Shown one piece after another: positions 47,770-60,300 of a stretch of 64,000 nt of DNA (positions are counted from its first letter, which is position 1; every line of letters begins with the position of its first letter). Origin of the DNA: Phoronis australis (Eukaryota > Animalia > Phoronida); assembly GCA_002633005.1 (NCBI GenBank), contig NMRA01000001.1, forward strand, positions 4,501,384-4,565,383, given 5' to 3'. The position numbers and the translations under genes are program-made. The notes below the pieces were generated by a model, which saw nothing but the letters and a program-made list of their open reading frames with translations, searched no databases and had not been told where the DNA came from.

Positions 47770-49780
47770 TTTATTTAATTGTACTTTCGATTTGTTTTTT
47801 CCCTTAAAAGTCATTTTCTTAGCTGGATTTTTTTCATGTAGAACTTGTTTTTAACATTTCGAAAACATTAATTTTTTCATTAGTCAGTGTGATATTTTGG
47901 ACTAATTTATGTTTCTGCTCTCTGCTCTGTCAAGTATCAGTATGTAATGACATGGGGTGTGCTCTCTGGGAAGCTCTGAGGAGGAGCATGAAGCAATCCC
48001 ATGTATGGCCTCAACCATGTTCGGTCACTGCATTGTGGATTGTCCAAACACTGATTGATCTTTCTAATGCTTTTCTGTCTTCATTACTAAGTTAATTTTA
48101 ACTTTGATACGCACTAGATAGTTCATTTTTATGCGCCCACATATTTATATGTAGGCACATAAAAGTGATTTTTTTTGTAAATAAAATACAATCGCACAGT
48201 ATAAAAGTGAAGATATGTGGGTAAATTTTCATTAAAATCTGAAGACCCAAATCTATTCTCAAAATATATAATGTGTGCTCACCAGAACATAGTTGCTTAC
48301 CTGTTAGGCTTTGCAATATGGGCCAGTGGCCTTACTACCAGAAATAGATTGATCATGGTGAGTGAACATTATGTTAAATTCTCAATATTTTTGAAAATAA
48401 ATGGAAACCTTTCAATGCAAAACAAGGCCTCAGTTTTCACATTACCAGAGTTAGAAAGCAATGTGAATAAAAGAGGAGCCCATAATAAATATAATAAAAG
48501 CTATGGAAAAACAACAGTTGTGCATAAACAAAGACACAATGTGCAGAAGACTGGGGGAACTGGGTGGAGTCCCTGTTTGTCTGCTTCTGCAACCAAGTAC
48601 AGGTCCCTTAAAATGCCTTTGGAAGCTAATTGAAGAGCCTATAAGGGCAACCTTTTATGAGCATTTTTTTACATTGCTGACGAAGCGCCTCATGGTTTTG
48701 TCGAGAAAGGCTTGGCTGAAGTTGTCGCTCAGCGTGTCCTCCACTGAATGTCTCAAATCTGAAGCAAAACGGGACAGGGTAAATCAAGAAAGTAATCAAT
48801 TATTTTTTGCGATGCCTTTCTTTGATCAGTTCAGTAAAAGCCTTTCTGAAAAAGTGATATCCGAGATATCAGTTAAAAAAGTTAGCAAATCGATTTTACT
48901 TATTAGACTGTCTAATCTGCTTAATAAAAGCGGATATAAAAATATTTATAATATAATAAATAGAAATCAATTGAAGCCTACTGCGCAGAGGACGTTTGAC
49001 TGAGATTTAGGGTACCTTATTGATACCTGTATTTGGAAGAGTTATTATAAAACCCTTCTGTGAGGTGTAAATGTTACAAAAAGCGCCATTTTCAATACAA
49101 ATTGTTGTACACGATCTTTTTTACAAATGCTAGACGGATGTTTGAAATTAATTGTTGATTCTGACTCCACTACCTGGTGTGTTACGCGTTCTTTGTGGCG
49201 CATATTGAGAGCAAAAAAGAAAAGGCACTCAATTGTTCTTTATTGTATACAAAACATTACATTTTTGCGTAACAGAAATTAAAAGCAATAATTTTAATTT
49301 GAATATTTTCGCAAATTATTTGAAAACAATTTTTATTACTGAAAATAATATTTTAAAACATAGCAATCCTGGATCGGTAGAACAACAAGAACTTTGGACA
49401 CCATGGAAGTCTACTTTTCCTCGGTAAATATTTCATTCGCTTAGACATGTGGTTTAGCAACTAGTCTGAGAGCACCTGCAAATGGCGTGTGAATGTGGTT
49501 TATGTCTTAAACTGATAATATTGTTAATTTGTAATGTTGTGTTTGAAGAATAAAGGGTTAAAAAGTAACCAAGAGCTCTTCTATTAGTAGGGACACAAAA
49601 TTTAAAATATCCTCAAATAATAAAATCCCCAGCTTGTAGCAGATGGGCTTGGTGTAATTCCTGAACTTACTTTGGCAGATGTGCTCCGTAAAGCAATCTT
49701 CTGAGTTGTCTTGACTACGACAGTTATTGATAGTCTATGATGCTACAGCGTACAAACGATGATGGAACATGAGAGAACTG

Positions 49781-50376
49781 CAGCCTCGTCCCCAGGCCTC
49801 AAGATGACTCAGATCAGTTAAACCATTTGAGGCTTGGTGAGGAGATAATCCTTCTGCGCGCTCATTGGCCGTAGATGACGCTCACCACTGAAAAGGCCGA
49901 CACAAGAAACTTTAAAACACTAAATACTTAAATACCAATTCTTGAATATTGTTGTCCTTACTTCTTTGATGTGATAAATTTGAATGTTTTTTTTTCTAGA
50001 AACTAAGCAAGATCCAAACGTAGATTTTAATTATTTTCATCGGTGTTGTTGTTCCCAGCAGATTAACTCAAGAGTCAGTTGATTCGGAAGCAGAAGACAT
50101 TGTTTTGATTATTGTTTTATTGATGGCAACATAAAATTATTCTGTTTTTAATCAAGATAATCCTTTTTGCAATAATCTAGACCTAAACTGGTGCATAATT
50201 ACCGTTAGTTTTGATTTTGGTATTATGCTACAGCACACTTAAACGTTGATGTAACTTTATATCGCCCGATTTCCGTAAAAATATGTTAGACTTCTGGCAA
50301 GTTAATTTTTGTTCCCCAATGAAACCTCAAATGGCTAAACCGATCATCGGCATCTTGAGGCTTGGGGACGACCCTG
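49781..50376. mobile_element. 596-bp MITE with ~50-bp imperfect TIRs
   Basis: TCGTCCCCAGGCCTCAAGATG...CCATTTGAGG mirrored by CCTCAAATGG...CATCTTGAGGCTTGGGGACGA; flanks GAGAGAACTG / GAGAAAATTG. Confidence 0.75.
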
Positions 50377-52699
50377 GAGAAAATTGTAGATTAGTTGGAG
50401 TATACGAGTTGCGCATGTCCGGGATATTTTATAACACACCTAAGTTATAATGAAGCTTATTCCATGACAAAATGACCACAAACACTCCCACTTGGAAAAT
50501 TAAACCCTGATACCAATTTTAGAATAGTTATTATTACGTAATTTTGGTATGTATGCATCATAGATACGTTTCTGTTGAAAATGAAGCAGTGTGCAACTGT
50601 TACAGATTTTGTCTGTGCTGCATGATAATTTGGTAAAATAATACGCGTGTCTCCATCATGGCATCAAAAGCAGTTAAATTGTTGAAATTGTTAACATAGC
50701 TTAAAAAATGAACAGACCAAGAACTGAACCTTGAGTTGCATCGGTATAACCTGCAAATAGATTCGGTGTGATTAAATTCATTAAACATAATGCGCACGAT
50801 TACGTGGCCCAGATAGGAGACGAATCATGAGTTATGTGCCAGGATGCCTGTGATGCCGCAATGTTCGAGGTTTTTCAGTAGAATAGTATGGTGTATTCTA
50901 TCAAACGCTTTAGAAAGATGGAGGAAGGTTGCAATTTTCCGAAGCCTTTTTGCGGTTGAAGTTGCTCTCAACAATTAAGTATACGTGTAATGTTGGTCGT
51001 GCATAACTTTTCGAAATATTTTTGAGATGACTGGCAACAGATATCGGTCGATAATTATTGAACTGTATATAGTCTAACCCGTCGACTTTAAAGACCTGTA
51101 TGGCTTTTGCAATTTTTGCAAGACAGGGAACTTAACCAGAATGCTATGTGCAGAGACTGGGCATAATGTAAGTCAAAGTTGAAGATAAATTATCATAGCC
51201 TAGTGGAGAATTTGGAAAACATATTGATAGTACTGAAGCGTCTTGTGATCTATGCACTAACCATTGCGAAATGAGTTCAACGTAGGGGAGATATGAAGAA
51301 AAAGATCGCAGTTTGCTGGCGTCCAAATACTTTAGAGTTAAGACCAATGTTCATGAAAAAAGAAACACAGGAAAACACGTTTCATCATCAGTAAACATTG
51401 TGTGCATGAGTCTCACATAGAACTGGGGTCATAAATGGGGCTACGGGGAATACAAAACATGCAGATACCTGTTTATAAGTGTATGAAAACTTGAGCAAAT
51501 GCAACAGAATTCATTTACTTGTTAATACCAACACTTCTGAATGAACAAAGAACATTCATGTTTTATTAATAATGAGTTTAAACTGAAAAAGTAATTATAG
51601 CTAAACTGGCTTCAAATCACACCCATAAATAAATTTGTGTTGGAGAGTTCATCTGGCTCCATTTCGCCAGTAAATGCACCTAAATACAAGTTTTTTCAAA
51701 CCATGTAATAACAATTCAAAGTTGGGGGCTACGGAGAATACAAAAGATATTTTTGCTTATGATCAATTCAAATCCAGGAATTTGTCTAATATTTTTTGTG
51801 GACCAAAGATAGCTTCTAGATTCCCAATGTGCAGTATCAAAAATCTTTTATTAATGGAAAAATTTAATGGAATTCAGACAGTGCTACGGAGAATAGACAG
51901 TTTTTTTAGGTGACGGTGATATTATTTAGTTGAGGAATCCAATCACCAGGACATCTGGTACAAATATGTGGTTTCTAAATCAAATTCTATATACCATCAA
52001 CCATTAAAAAACACACTTCAAAACACTAGTAATGCTTTTCTTTTTCAGCCATGTATGTAAGAGAAAGAGCACATGCAAATTTAGTGTTTTTGCATAACAT
52101 TAATATCATTTTGCAAGTTTGCCTGGAAATTGTGTTTGATATTTCAGATCCCTGCAATCACCTGAAGAAAAATAAGAAATACATCTTAAGATCATGAAAA
52201 AACATTAAATTTCAAATGAATGTGTGATTTAATTAAATGCCATGTGAATTAAAAACATGCAATGTTTCAGTGAAACAAAATAACGATGGATTTCTGGCTA
52301 TTTTCAGCTATATAAAGGATTACTCTGGCCATAATTAACATCTTCGTACTTTAAAATGCGTAAATGTCATAAGTACCGGTGCTATAACAAGATCACCATA
52401 CAAATATCTGCCAGAGGTGAAGGAATCCTGTCAATATGATTGCATAACATAAAAATGTAGATTTGCACCCTGAGTAAAAAAATGCCTTAGATTGCCGAGA
52501 TTTTTCTGTTCTGGTAACAAAGGAACATCAGTCGTGGTTGCGTCTTATCTCACTGGCTTTCAAGTTTTTCTATCTTGTTTTATGCTAACCCTTTATTGGC
52601 CCCTCTGGTTATTTTTAATAACATAATAAATCTGTCTCAAGAACATGCGAGAGACTATTTTTCTCAATTTAAAAATATTATTACGCTACGTTCCGTGGC

Positions 52700-52763
52700 G
52701 TTAGTTCATTTTCAACTGTCATGGCCGCTCCCTGTTAATTCTCGCGTACAAGACTTCTTGAAG
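52700..52763 (+). promoter_or_regulatory. MTIF2: Candidate non-coding first exon/promoter of MTIF2
   Basis: CpG-enriched patch with CATGGCCGC (YY1-like) and TCTCGCG, then donor GAAG|GTACGG at 52764; the next acceptor at 54165 sits 10 nt before the MTIF2 ATG. Left boundary approximate. Confidence 0.45.
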
Positions 52764-52929
52764 GTACGGATGGACGTCATGTCTTCAGATGCAGTTGCGA
52801 TTAAAATGAGAGCGAATATACAAAAAAGTACCCAAGTGATTGTTAATTGCAATTGTGCGTAACGTAGAGCTGAAAGTCTTTGTCTTACTCTGGCACAGTT
52901 GTAGGCGTCGTCTGGGCAGTGGGCACTGC

Positions 52930-53347
52930 CACTGGTCGGATACTACGCCAAATACGGACCCCATTTAGAGAACCAGTTCCATACACTGAGTTACAGACCC
53001 AGTGCTCAATGATGAAAAACAGACCCAGTACTCAATGATTGCCTAGCTCTCTAAATCAGAGACCACTATATCTGACCAGTGCCTCCTGTGGACTGGTGTG
53101 GATGCTAAAGAAACTAGGCTAATGAATTGATTAAGATTGACTGGGAGTGACTAGGGGCACAAAAAAAAATTCCTTTCTGCGAGTGTAGACAAGTTCCCCA
53201 GTATGTCCTACCTCCTGTTTACATGGGTAATAGGACAGTTGGTGCTGGTATGTGTCAGCCCCCAACTAGTTTCATCCACTGAATATCAGTCCTGTTATCC
53301 AGTGGCAGATCCATGGTTTCCTGCTGACTCGTAATATCCGACCAGTG
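52930..53347. mobile_element. 418-bp MITE with CACTG termini
   Basis: CACTGGTCGGATACTACG ... CGTAATATCCGACCAGTG (17/18 inverted match); no clear TSD. Confidence 0.7.
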
Positions 53348-53573
53348 TCCACCAACCCTGATTTTGCTTTGCATTGCCTACTTCTCTGGAATAATTGGTC
53401 TACCCTCTTTAATCAGGCTAGCAGGTCTACGTCTTCATTTTAACATTTTTAAGCGAGTGTACTGCATGATCTACATTGCCACAGGCAAAAATGCTATGGG
53501 ACATTTTCATAACCACTTGAGTTTTGCTTGGCTTTGGAATTTTCTAAAGAGGGTAAGCTTGAATTACTAGTAT

Positions 53574-53823
53574 CAGGGCTTGGAATTTCCCTCTTTTAAG
53601 AAAATTTCTTCTTTTTTGGCTTTGATTTCCTTTTATTTGATTTCCAGTTTGCTCTTTTTTCGTCTCTTTTATCATTATTTTGACTTTATTTATGCAAAGA
53701 CGTTCATTTCAGTTAAATTTTACGACAAAAAATTATTTGTATCACACAAGCCTATTTATTTGTGGAACGATACATCACCTGGAAAAATTTCCTCTTTTTT
53801 GTCATTGGTCATTCCAAGCCCTG
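53574..53823. mobile_element. 250-bp hAT-like MITE with 6-bp TSD
   Basis: Perfect 13-bp TIR CAGGGCTTGGAAT / ATTCCAAGCCCTG flanked by TAGTAT on both sides. Confidence 0.85.
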
Positions 53824-54174
53824 TAGTATGTTATGCAATCTTATTTAACCTTGCACAGGAATAGTTTCTAAGAGGCAAGGTTTTCAAGCTTGGAATTCAG
53901 TGTTGAAAAAAGTAACTGGCCCAACAACCTTGTTCTAGACTCTTGTCAAACCTGATTCACCTTATCCATCAGCAGTCTTTTTCAAGCTAACCGAGCAATG
54001 GTTAGTAAGAGAACAAGGAAATTCAAGCTTGGAGAAAAATATTAAATAAGGAACATTCTATTAAGCTTGACCAAGCTTGGTAAAATTTAATTCTAAAATT
54101 ACCGCCATTTTTAAAGATTTGCCCAACTCGGGATAATCATAATAACATTGATTTCATATTTTAGATCTAACGTA

Positions 54175-54390
54175 ATGAACTGCCTCCGGCTCGCCCTGAA
54201 GAGGTTTGACTTACTCTCCTTGGAGGCTGTTCTTCACCGTGTGCCTGCTGTCTACTCAGTGGGAACTCCAGCTGCATGCTGTTTTGACTGCACAGATACG
54301 AGGTCACGGACTGAGTGGAGTGTTCCACGAAGATTTAGCACGGCTAATGTTATGCAAGCAGCAAGAGCAAAGAATTCCAAAAAGAAACTG
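54175..54390 (+). CDS. MTIF2: MTIF2 first coding exon (mitochondrial targeting peptide)
   Basis: [11 protein letters not shown]...PRRFSTANV; acceptor TTTTAG| at 54165; donor CTG|GTAGTG, phase 0. Confidence 0.75.
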
Positions 54391-57300
54391 GTAGTGACTT
54401 GCGTATTTTGAACATTTGATTTATGACTGATACTTTTAGCTTTTAGTATTATTGCAACTGTTTTAACTTTAGAATGGGTATGATTTTAGGTATAGTGATA
54501 TCTTAGAAATGAAGAGAACTGATTCTAAGTGTTTTCCAAACTGTGTGTTATAGTCTTTAGAATTACGTAAATTTGAAACATGATCTAGATTCATGATCTT
54601 TTAAAACTTGTAGAGACTAGCAGATTCTTGAACAATGTCGTGTTCAGTCTTGTGTCTGCCTAATAATGATAATCTTACATACTGTATTGGATCACGGAGC
54701 AGATTTTAGTTATAATCTTACATATTGTATTGGATCATGGATCAGATCCCAATGATAATCTTACATACTGTATTGGATCATGGATCAGATCCTAATGATA
54801 ATCTTACATAGTGTATTGAATCGTGGATCAGATCCTAATGATAATCTTACATACTGTATTGGAACATTTATTAGGCTCCAAAACCAATCCAAGTGCGTCC
54901 CAAGAAGAAACGAAATAGTGTGGTGACTATATGGAAGAACATGACAGTGGCAGAGTTAGCGACATCTATGGGCAAGGATGTTGGTGGGTAGCAGCGATCA
55001 TTGCACATTACATAGTCCATGCTGATCATATTTATCTCACCATATTATGCATCAAAGGTTGTGCCAGTACAGCTTCCCTCTACCATTCTACTGTAGTTAT
55101 TCTCTGGAGTCATCTTCTGACCTGCGCGCTCATCGCCTCACTCACAAGGCTGTACTCTAGACTTTTTGTACCATGTAATTGCCTCCTTTTTAAAAACCCA
55201 CATTGGCATAGTTTTTCTTCACATATTTTTATATTGTTTGGAGCACTTTCAACTATTTATTACTGATCTAGGCATCACGTTATTAGATTCAAATTTGCGT
55301 GCCTGGCTGCTTTGCAATAAGAAGTTTTGTGACCTAAATGCTTCTGATAGAGTCCTTCCCATAGACATAGTATTAAGATGTCTAATAGAGTCCTTCCACT
55401 TTCCTAATGCATGAGCATTTTCATATACCCAAAAGCAAACAAAATTGGCTTGAAAACATGAGACGTAATGTGAGTGCAGTTGAAATGACATCGTTTACTT
55501 TGAACAGTTCTTTAGGGTCAGGCAAGAGCATTTCCTTGTTCTCAAAATATCTGTTTTAACTCCTCTGTCTACTGGGTTGGTGGATGTAATATCTGTTGTA
55601 TATTTAGGTGGAGACGTCAACCTGGAAATGTGTGCAAATTTTATACTTGCTGGGTGATCAACTCAGCTGCAGCATATGAGCCGACACACAACACATCTAG
55701 GCCTGCCTTGCTGTCATAACATGGCCCCACAACAATGTTTTGTTCATGGTATACAGCTAATGCTCTGTTTTGTAGATCATGTGTATGAAGTGATGATGTA
55801 CATTGAAAGTACAAATAAGTACGACCATGATTCTGCCGGTAAGTACATGTGTAGCTCTGCATACAATTGTATAGAATCAACATGCCATGTCTTGGAGACA
55901 CTAATCATGACATGTTTTCTAGTGTGGACATTGGTGCTGGTAAATGAAGAAAACAGTAACATTTTGTTAATCTTAACACGAAGAAGAGTATTCACTTTTA
56001 TGCACTCACCCACCCAGATAACTTTCCATGAAAAAGACGATAACACCGTTTCATTTTCAGATGGATTTTATGTATTGTATCCACCTTTCTTAGTGGAATT
56101 GTTTAAAATAATGATCATGCCTTACATCTGTGGTATATGCGATGAACACAGGAGCTGCATATCAACTTGGGCCCTTGCTCACCTAAGGAAAAGATGTCTG
56201 TTCCTTCTGGGAGATGAATTCTCTCCACTCCCCGCCCCCCCTCCGTACAACCAATTACACTCCCGCTCTTCCCTCATTGCCGCCCCCATCAGCTCTGCCA
56301 AGCCAAAACTTACATTTTGTGCTTCTTTCAAAATGTCGTCGATTGCACATGTAGGGATGTTATAAGGTTGTCAGATAGTGAATTTCTTTGCTCAATGGTA
56401 TATAATTACCCGTGCATTAGCTATAAACTATCAGATTATGTTCTCCTTATTGAGGCTGGTATCGCTGGTAAGGCATGCCTATGAAGTGAGGATTTTCACA
56501 GTTGATAAAACCTTCTGAAGTTAAGGTTCTGTGTGTAAGTTAAGAGTAATTCTAACCTTGAAGGGAATTCTTTAATCACTGGAGGGTATTTTTTCGGCCT
56601 AGTGAGGGTTCGGTAATTCTATGTATGTGTCAGAGGGAATCGGGGTGATAATGGGCCCCGAAATCGAGGCATCGAGAGCCCTGTCAACTTTGCGTTGCTC
56701 TTACTATTACTGGTGCTCAGTGCTGTCTTGTTTTGTTTATGTCTTATGTTTGTTATCGGTCAACTGTTTTTATCATATAATCACCATGACGATTATGATA
56801 GTTCATTGTGTTGTTTTCATAGCCATTGACAACATGTCAGTACTGCAGGAAATCTGTGAAAAGTCTGGCTTTCGCTACATCACTGGAAGTGCTCCAGGTA
56901 AAGTGGAAGTAAAGGAATGCCGTGATGTGTTCAGGAGGTGAGTGGTGATGGCAGGCTGTAATGGTTCAAGTGGTTCACACAATTCATCAACACATCTTGT
57001 CAATAAATATTTGTCTATGAATTACTGCAGTTTTGAAGTGTTGCCAACAAGCACTAAACTTGTATTATACCTTGTTAATGAATGTGAGTGCAAAACTGTG
57101 GTGAACTATTGCCTGATCGAATTTAAATGTTTTGATATCTGTGCAGGCCCAAAGAAGAGCATGTGAACATGGTGAAGCGCCCTCCTGTGGTGACTATTAT
57201 GGGTCATGTGGACCATGGTAAAACAACGCTATTGGACAGTCTCAGGAAGTCAAACATTGTGGAACAGGAGTTCGGAGGAATAACACAGCACATTGGAGCC

Positions 57301-60300
57301 TTCTCAGGTTGTAATCATTTCCACCCAGGACAAAAGATGAAACCACTCTAACTGCAAAACTATCCAAAATTTGCATCATTGTACCGGGAATTTTTTAATG
57401 ATTTGTACTTGTCATAAACATTTTGCATGAAATGACAATGAATAAATAAAGAGTAATGTTTGTCATTCTTAATTGTTTTAATTTATGGGAATGTTCCGTG
57501 TTTTGTGTTGCTTGAATGTAATAAGCAGCCTGTGATGTTTGTAATATAACAGTATGGGCATGTAGCGTGCAGCAAGCAGTAGGGGTGGATACCCATGCAG
57601 CAATATTGGTGCATGTCATGCAGCAATATGGGTGCATGCCATGCATTAATACAGGTGCATATGGATGCATATCATGCCTGGCAATATCATTGCATATCAC
57701 GCAGCAATATAGTGCATACCATACTGCGGTTAACATTATGGTATTGTTAATTTGTACTTTTATTAACCCTTACTATTCGTGTAATGTTTTCATGTTGTTC
57801 TCACTATTTCCAGTGTCACTGCCCTCTGGTGAGAGAATAACCTTCCTCGACACACCTGGTCACGCTGCATTCTCAGCTATGCGAGCTCGTGGGGCGCAGG
57901 CGACGGACATTGTTGTACTAGTCATTGCTGGGGAGGACGGGCTGATGAGTCAAACTATTGAGTCCATACAGCATGCACAGGAAGCACAAGGTAAAGGTGG
58001 TTACAGGATGCAGGGGTACAGTTTTTGGGATAGGGTGTTGTTGACGGATGAAGGGTAGGGGTGAATACAGGATGCAGGAGTACAGTTTTTGGGATAGGGT
58101 GTTGTTGACCGATGAAGGGAAGGGGTGGATACAGGATGCAGGGGGTACAGATATTGGTTAGGGTGTTATGTTGTGGGGTGCAATATAGGGATGGATATAG
58201 GATATGGAGGTTGGATGAAGAGGTGTAATGAAGGCTAGATTCATTGGTCACAGAGTCTTCTCCATTTCTTTGGTTTCAAATAGCCTAGACGTTAAGTTAA
58301 ACCTCATACCTACTTTCTTCCACTGAAACTAGTGATTTCTTTCAGCAATTCTGTAAAAAAACATACCCAATCCTCTTTGTTGAAAGCATATTACTTATCT
58401 TTATTTCAGTTCCAATTATTGTTGCCATAAACAAGATAGACAAACCTGAAGCTGATGTGGTGAGTGTTTTGATGGATTTAAATATCTTTTGAACTTCAGT
58501 TTAAAAGTCAATTAACTGTAACAGTTATAAATACTTTCAAAGAACATTTTAATTTATGGTATGGGGACACTTTAGCACACCAATTTGGAGATATTTAATT
58601 TAACAGTCGTAGGATTAGACTGTCCACAGAGATGCGCTTAAATATCCTGTAGTTCTCAAAGTAAACAGGACAACTTCAAACCTTGACAAAGTTTCAATGT
58701 TCAAATGCGCTGCCTGCTAAATACCCATCTCATTGTCTCAAAATTCTTTCTAAACGTCACCATATCTTCTATGGTTTTATGTCTTGTTGTTGACTGGAAT
58801 TCTATTTTGTCCACTTTGCCGAAATCATGACAATTTAATTTTTGGCTGGCGAAACTGTGACACTAATTGCCGTCATGCCTCAATAGAAATTTCAACTCGC
58901 ACTGCAGGCCTCAAACAGTGCACTTTTAAGATCAGGTCAGCATGACTCACCTCATGGCTCAAAACTGAGTTGCGTCTGTTTGTTTAAAGTCAGTCCACAT
59001 AAGTTTTGCAGTCGCAGCGTTTTCACCACCTGGCAGGTTGTTGCAGACATTGAAAGTATGACAAAACCACAGTTGTTAACAATGGTGGAACCTGCGAAAA
59101 GGCTGCGACTTTTACGGTGTTATGTGGATCAGCCTTGTTACTCTTTCCAGAATGGACCTTGTGCATTGTGGAAAGGTTAAGTGCAATATGTTTTACAGAT
59201 TAGACTGTATCGCTTCAGTCGAACACCAGTGACCAGTTTAATCATCAGTGAATTTGTACCTCTACTAGTCACCGCAAATTAATAGCCAACATATTTTTAG
59301 TACACCACAGACACATGGTTGACACCTGAAATAGAACAGCTCGGGTTCATTTCAGATACATCAGGGACTCGGAGGTGACTGTTCAAATTAACATAGAACT
59401 GGTAGTCCAACTCCAGTGAGTGACTTGTGTCCTCTGTTAGGTTGAGATTTCAAAGGACTGGCCGTGATTATTTGCTCTGTGTATTTCTGGTTGTTTGCTC
59501 CACTGAGTTTTGATCAAGTAATGTAGCTATCGAATCAAGCCTCTTTCGGAGTGTACACACATAGTGTGTGACCTTATGGAGGTGTACACACGAAGTGTGG
59601 CCTTAGAGAGGTGTACACATGTAGTGTGACCTTATAGAGGTGTATACATGAAGTGTGACCTTATAGAGGTGTATACACAGAGTATGACCTTGAAAAGATG
59701 CTGCCATTCCTGTGCTGCATGGCTGAGGTATTAAAAGTAATCAATATCATATTGATGAGGTCACTACCATGTGGCCTTGTTGGGAGGGCCAAAATGCATT
59801 TGACGTCATTCTTATGTTGAATTGCAATTTAGAAGATATTGGAATCGGCAAGTGCCTACTAGGAACTAGTGTATCCCACAATGCTGTGTTTCAGGAGAGA
59901 ACCAAGCGTGGTCTGATGTCACAAGGCCTCGTGCTTGAGCAAGATGGCGGAGATATCCAAGTTGTACCAATATCAGCTCTCAAGGTTTGTATTTGATCTG
60001 TGTATGTTGTCCATATATTTGTGTGTATGTTGCTCATGCTTGTGATGCTCATGCTTGTGATGCTTATGCTTGTGATGATGTTCATGCGTGTGATGTACGG
60101 GCGTGTGATGTTCGGGCGTGGGATGTTCATGCGTGCGATGTTCATGCGTGTGATGTTCATGCGTGTGATGTTCATGCGTGTGATGTTCATGCGTGTGATG
60201 TTCATGCGTGTGATGTTCATGCGTGTGATGTTCATGCGTGTGATGTTCATGCGTGTGATGTTCGTGCGTGTGATGCTCGTGCGTGTGATGCTTATACGTG

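Noticed and set aside
48217-49003. Overlapping 138- and 166-aa intergenic ORFs
   Set aside because: No recognisable domain, splice signals or codon pattern; consistent with chance ORFs in repeat-derived DNA.
55676-56365. 229-aa ORF as a separate gene
   Set aside because: Only 55776-55838 is a real MTIF2 exon; the rest is intronic read-through with no recognisable motif.
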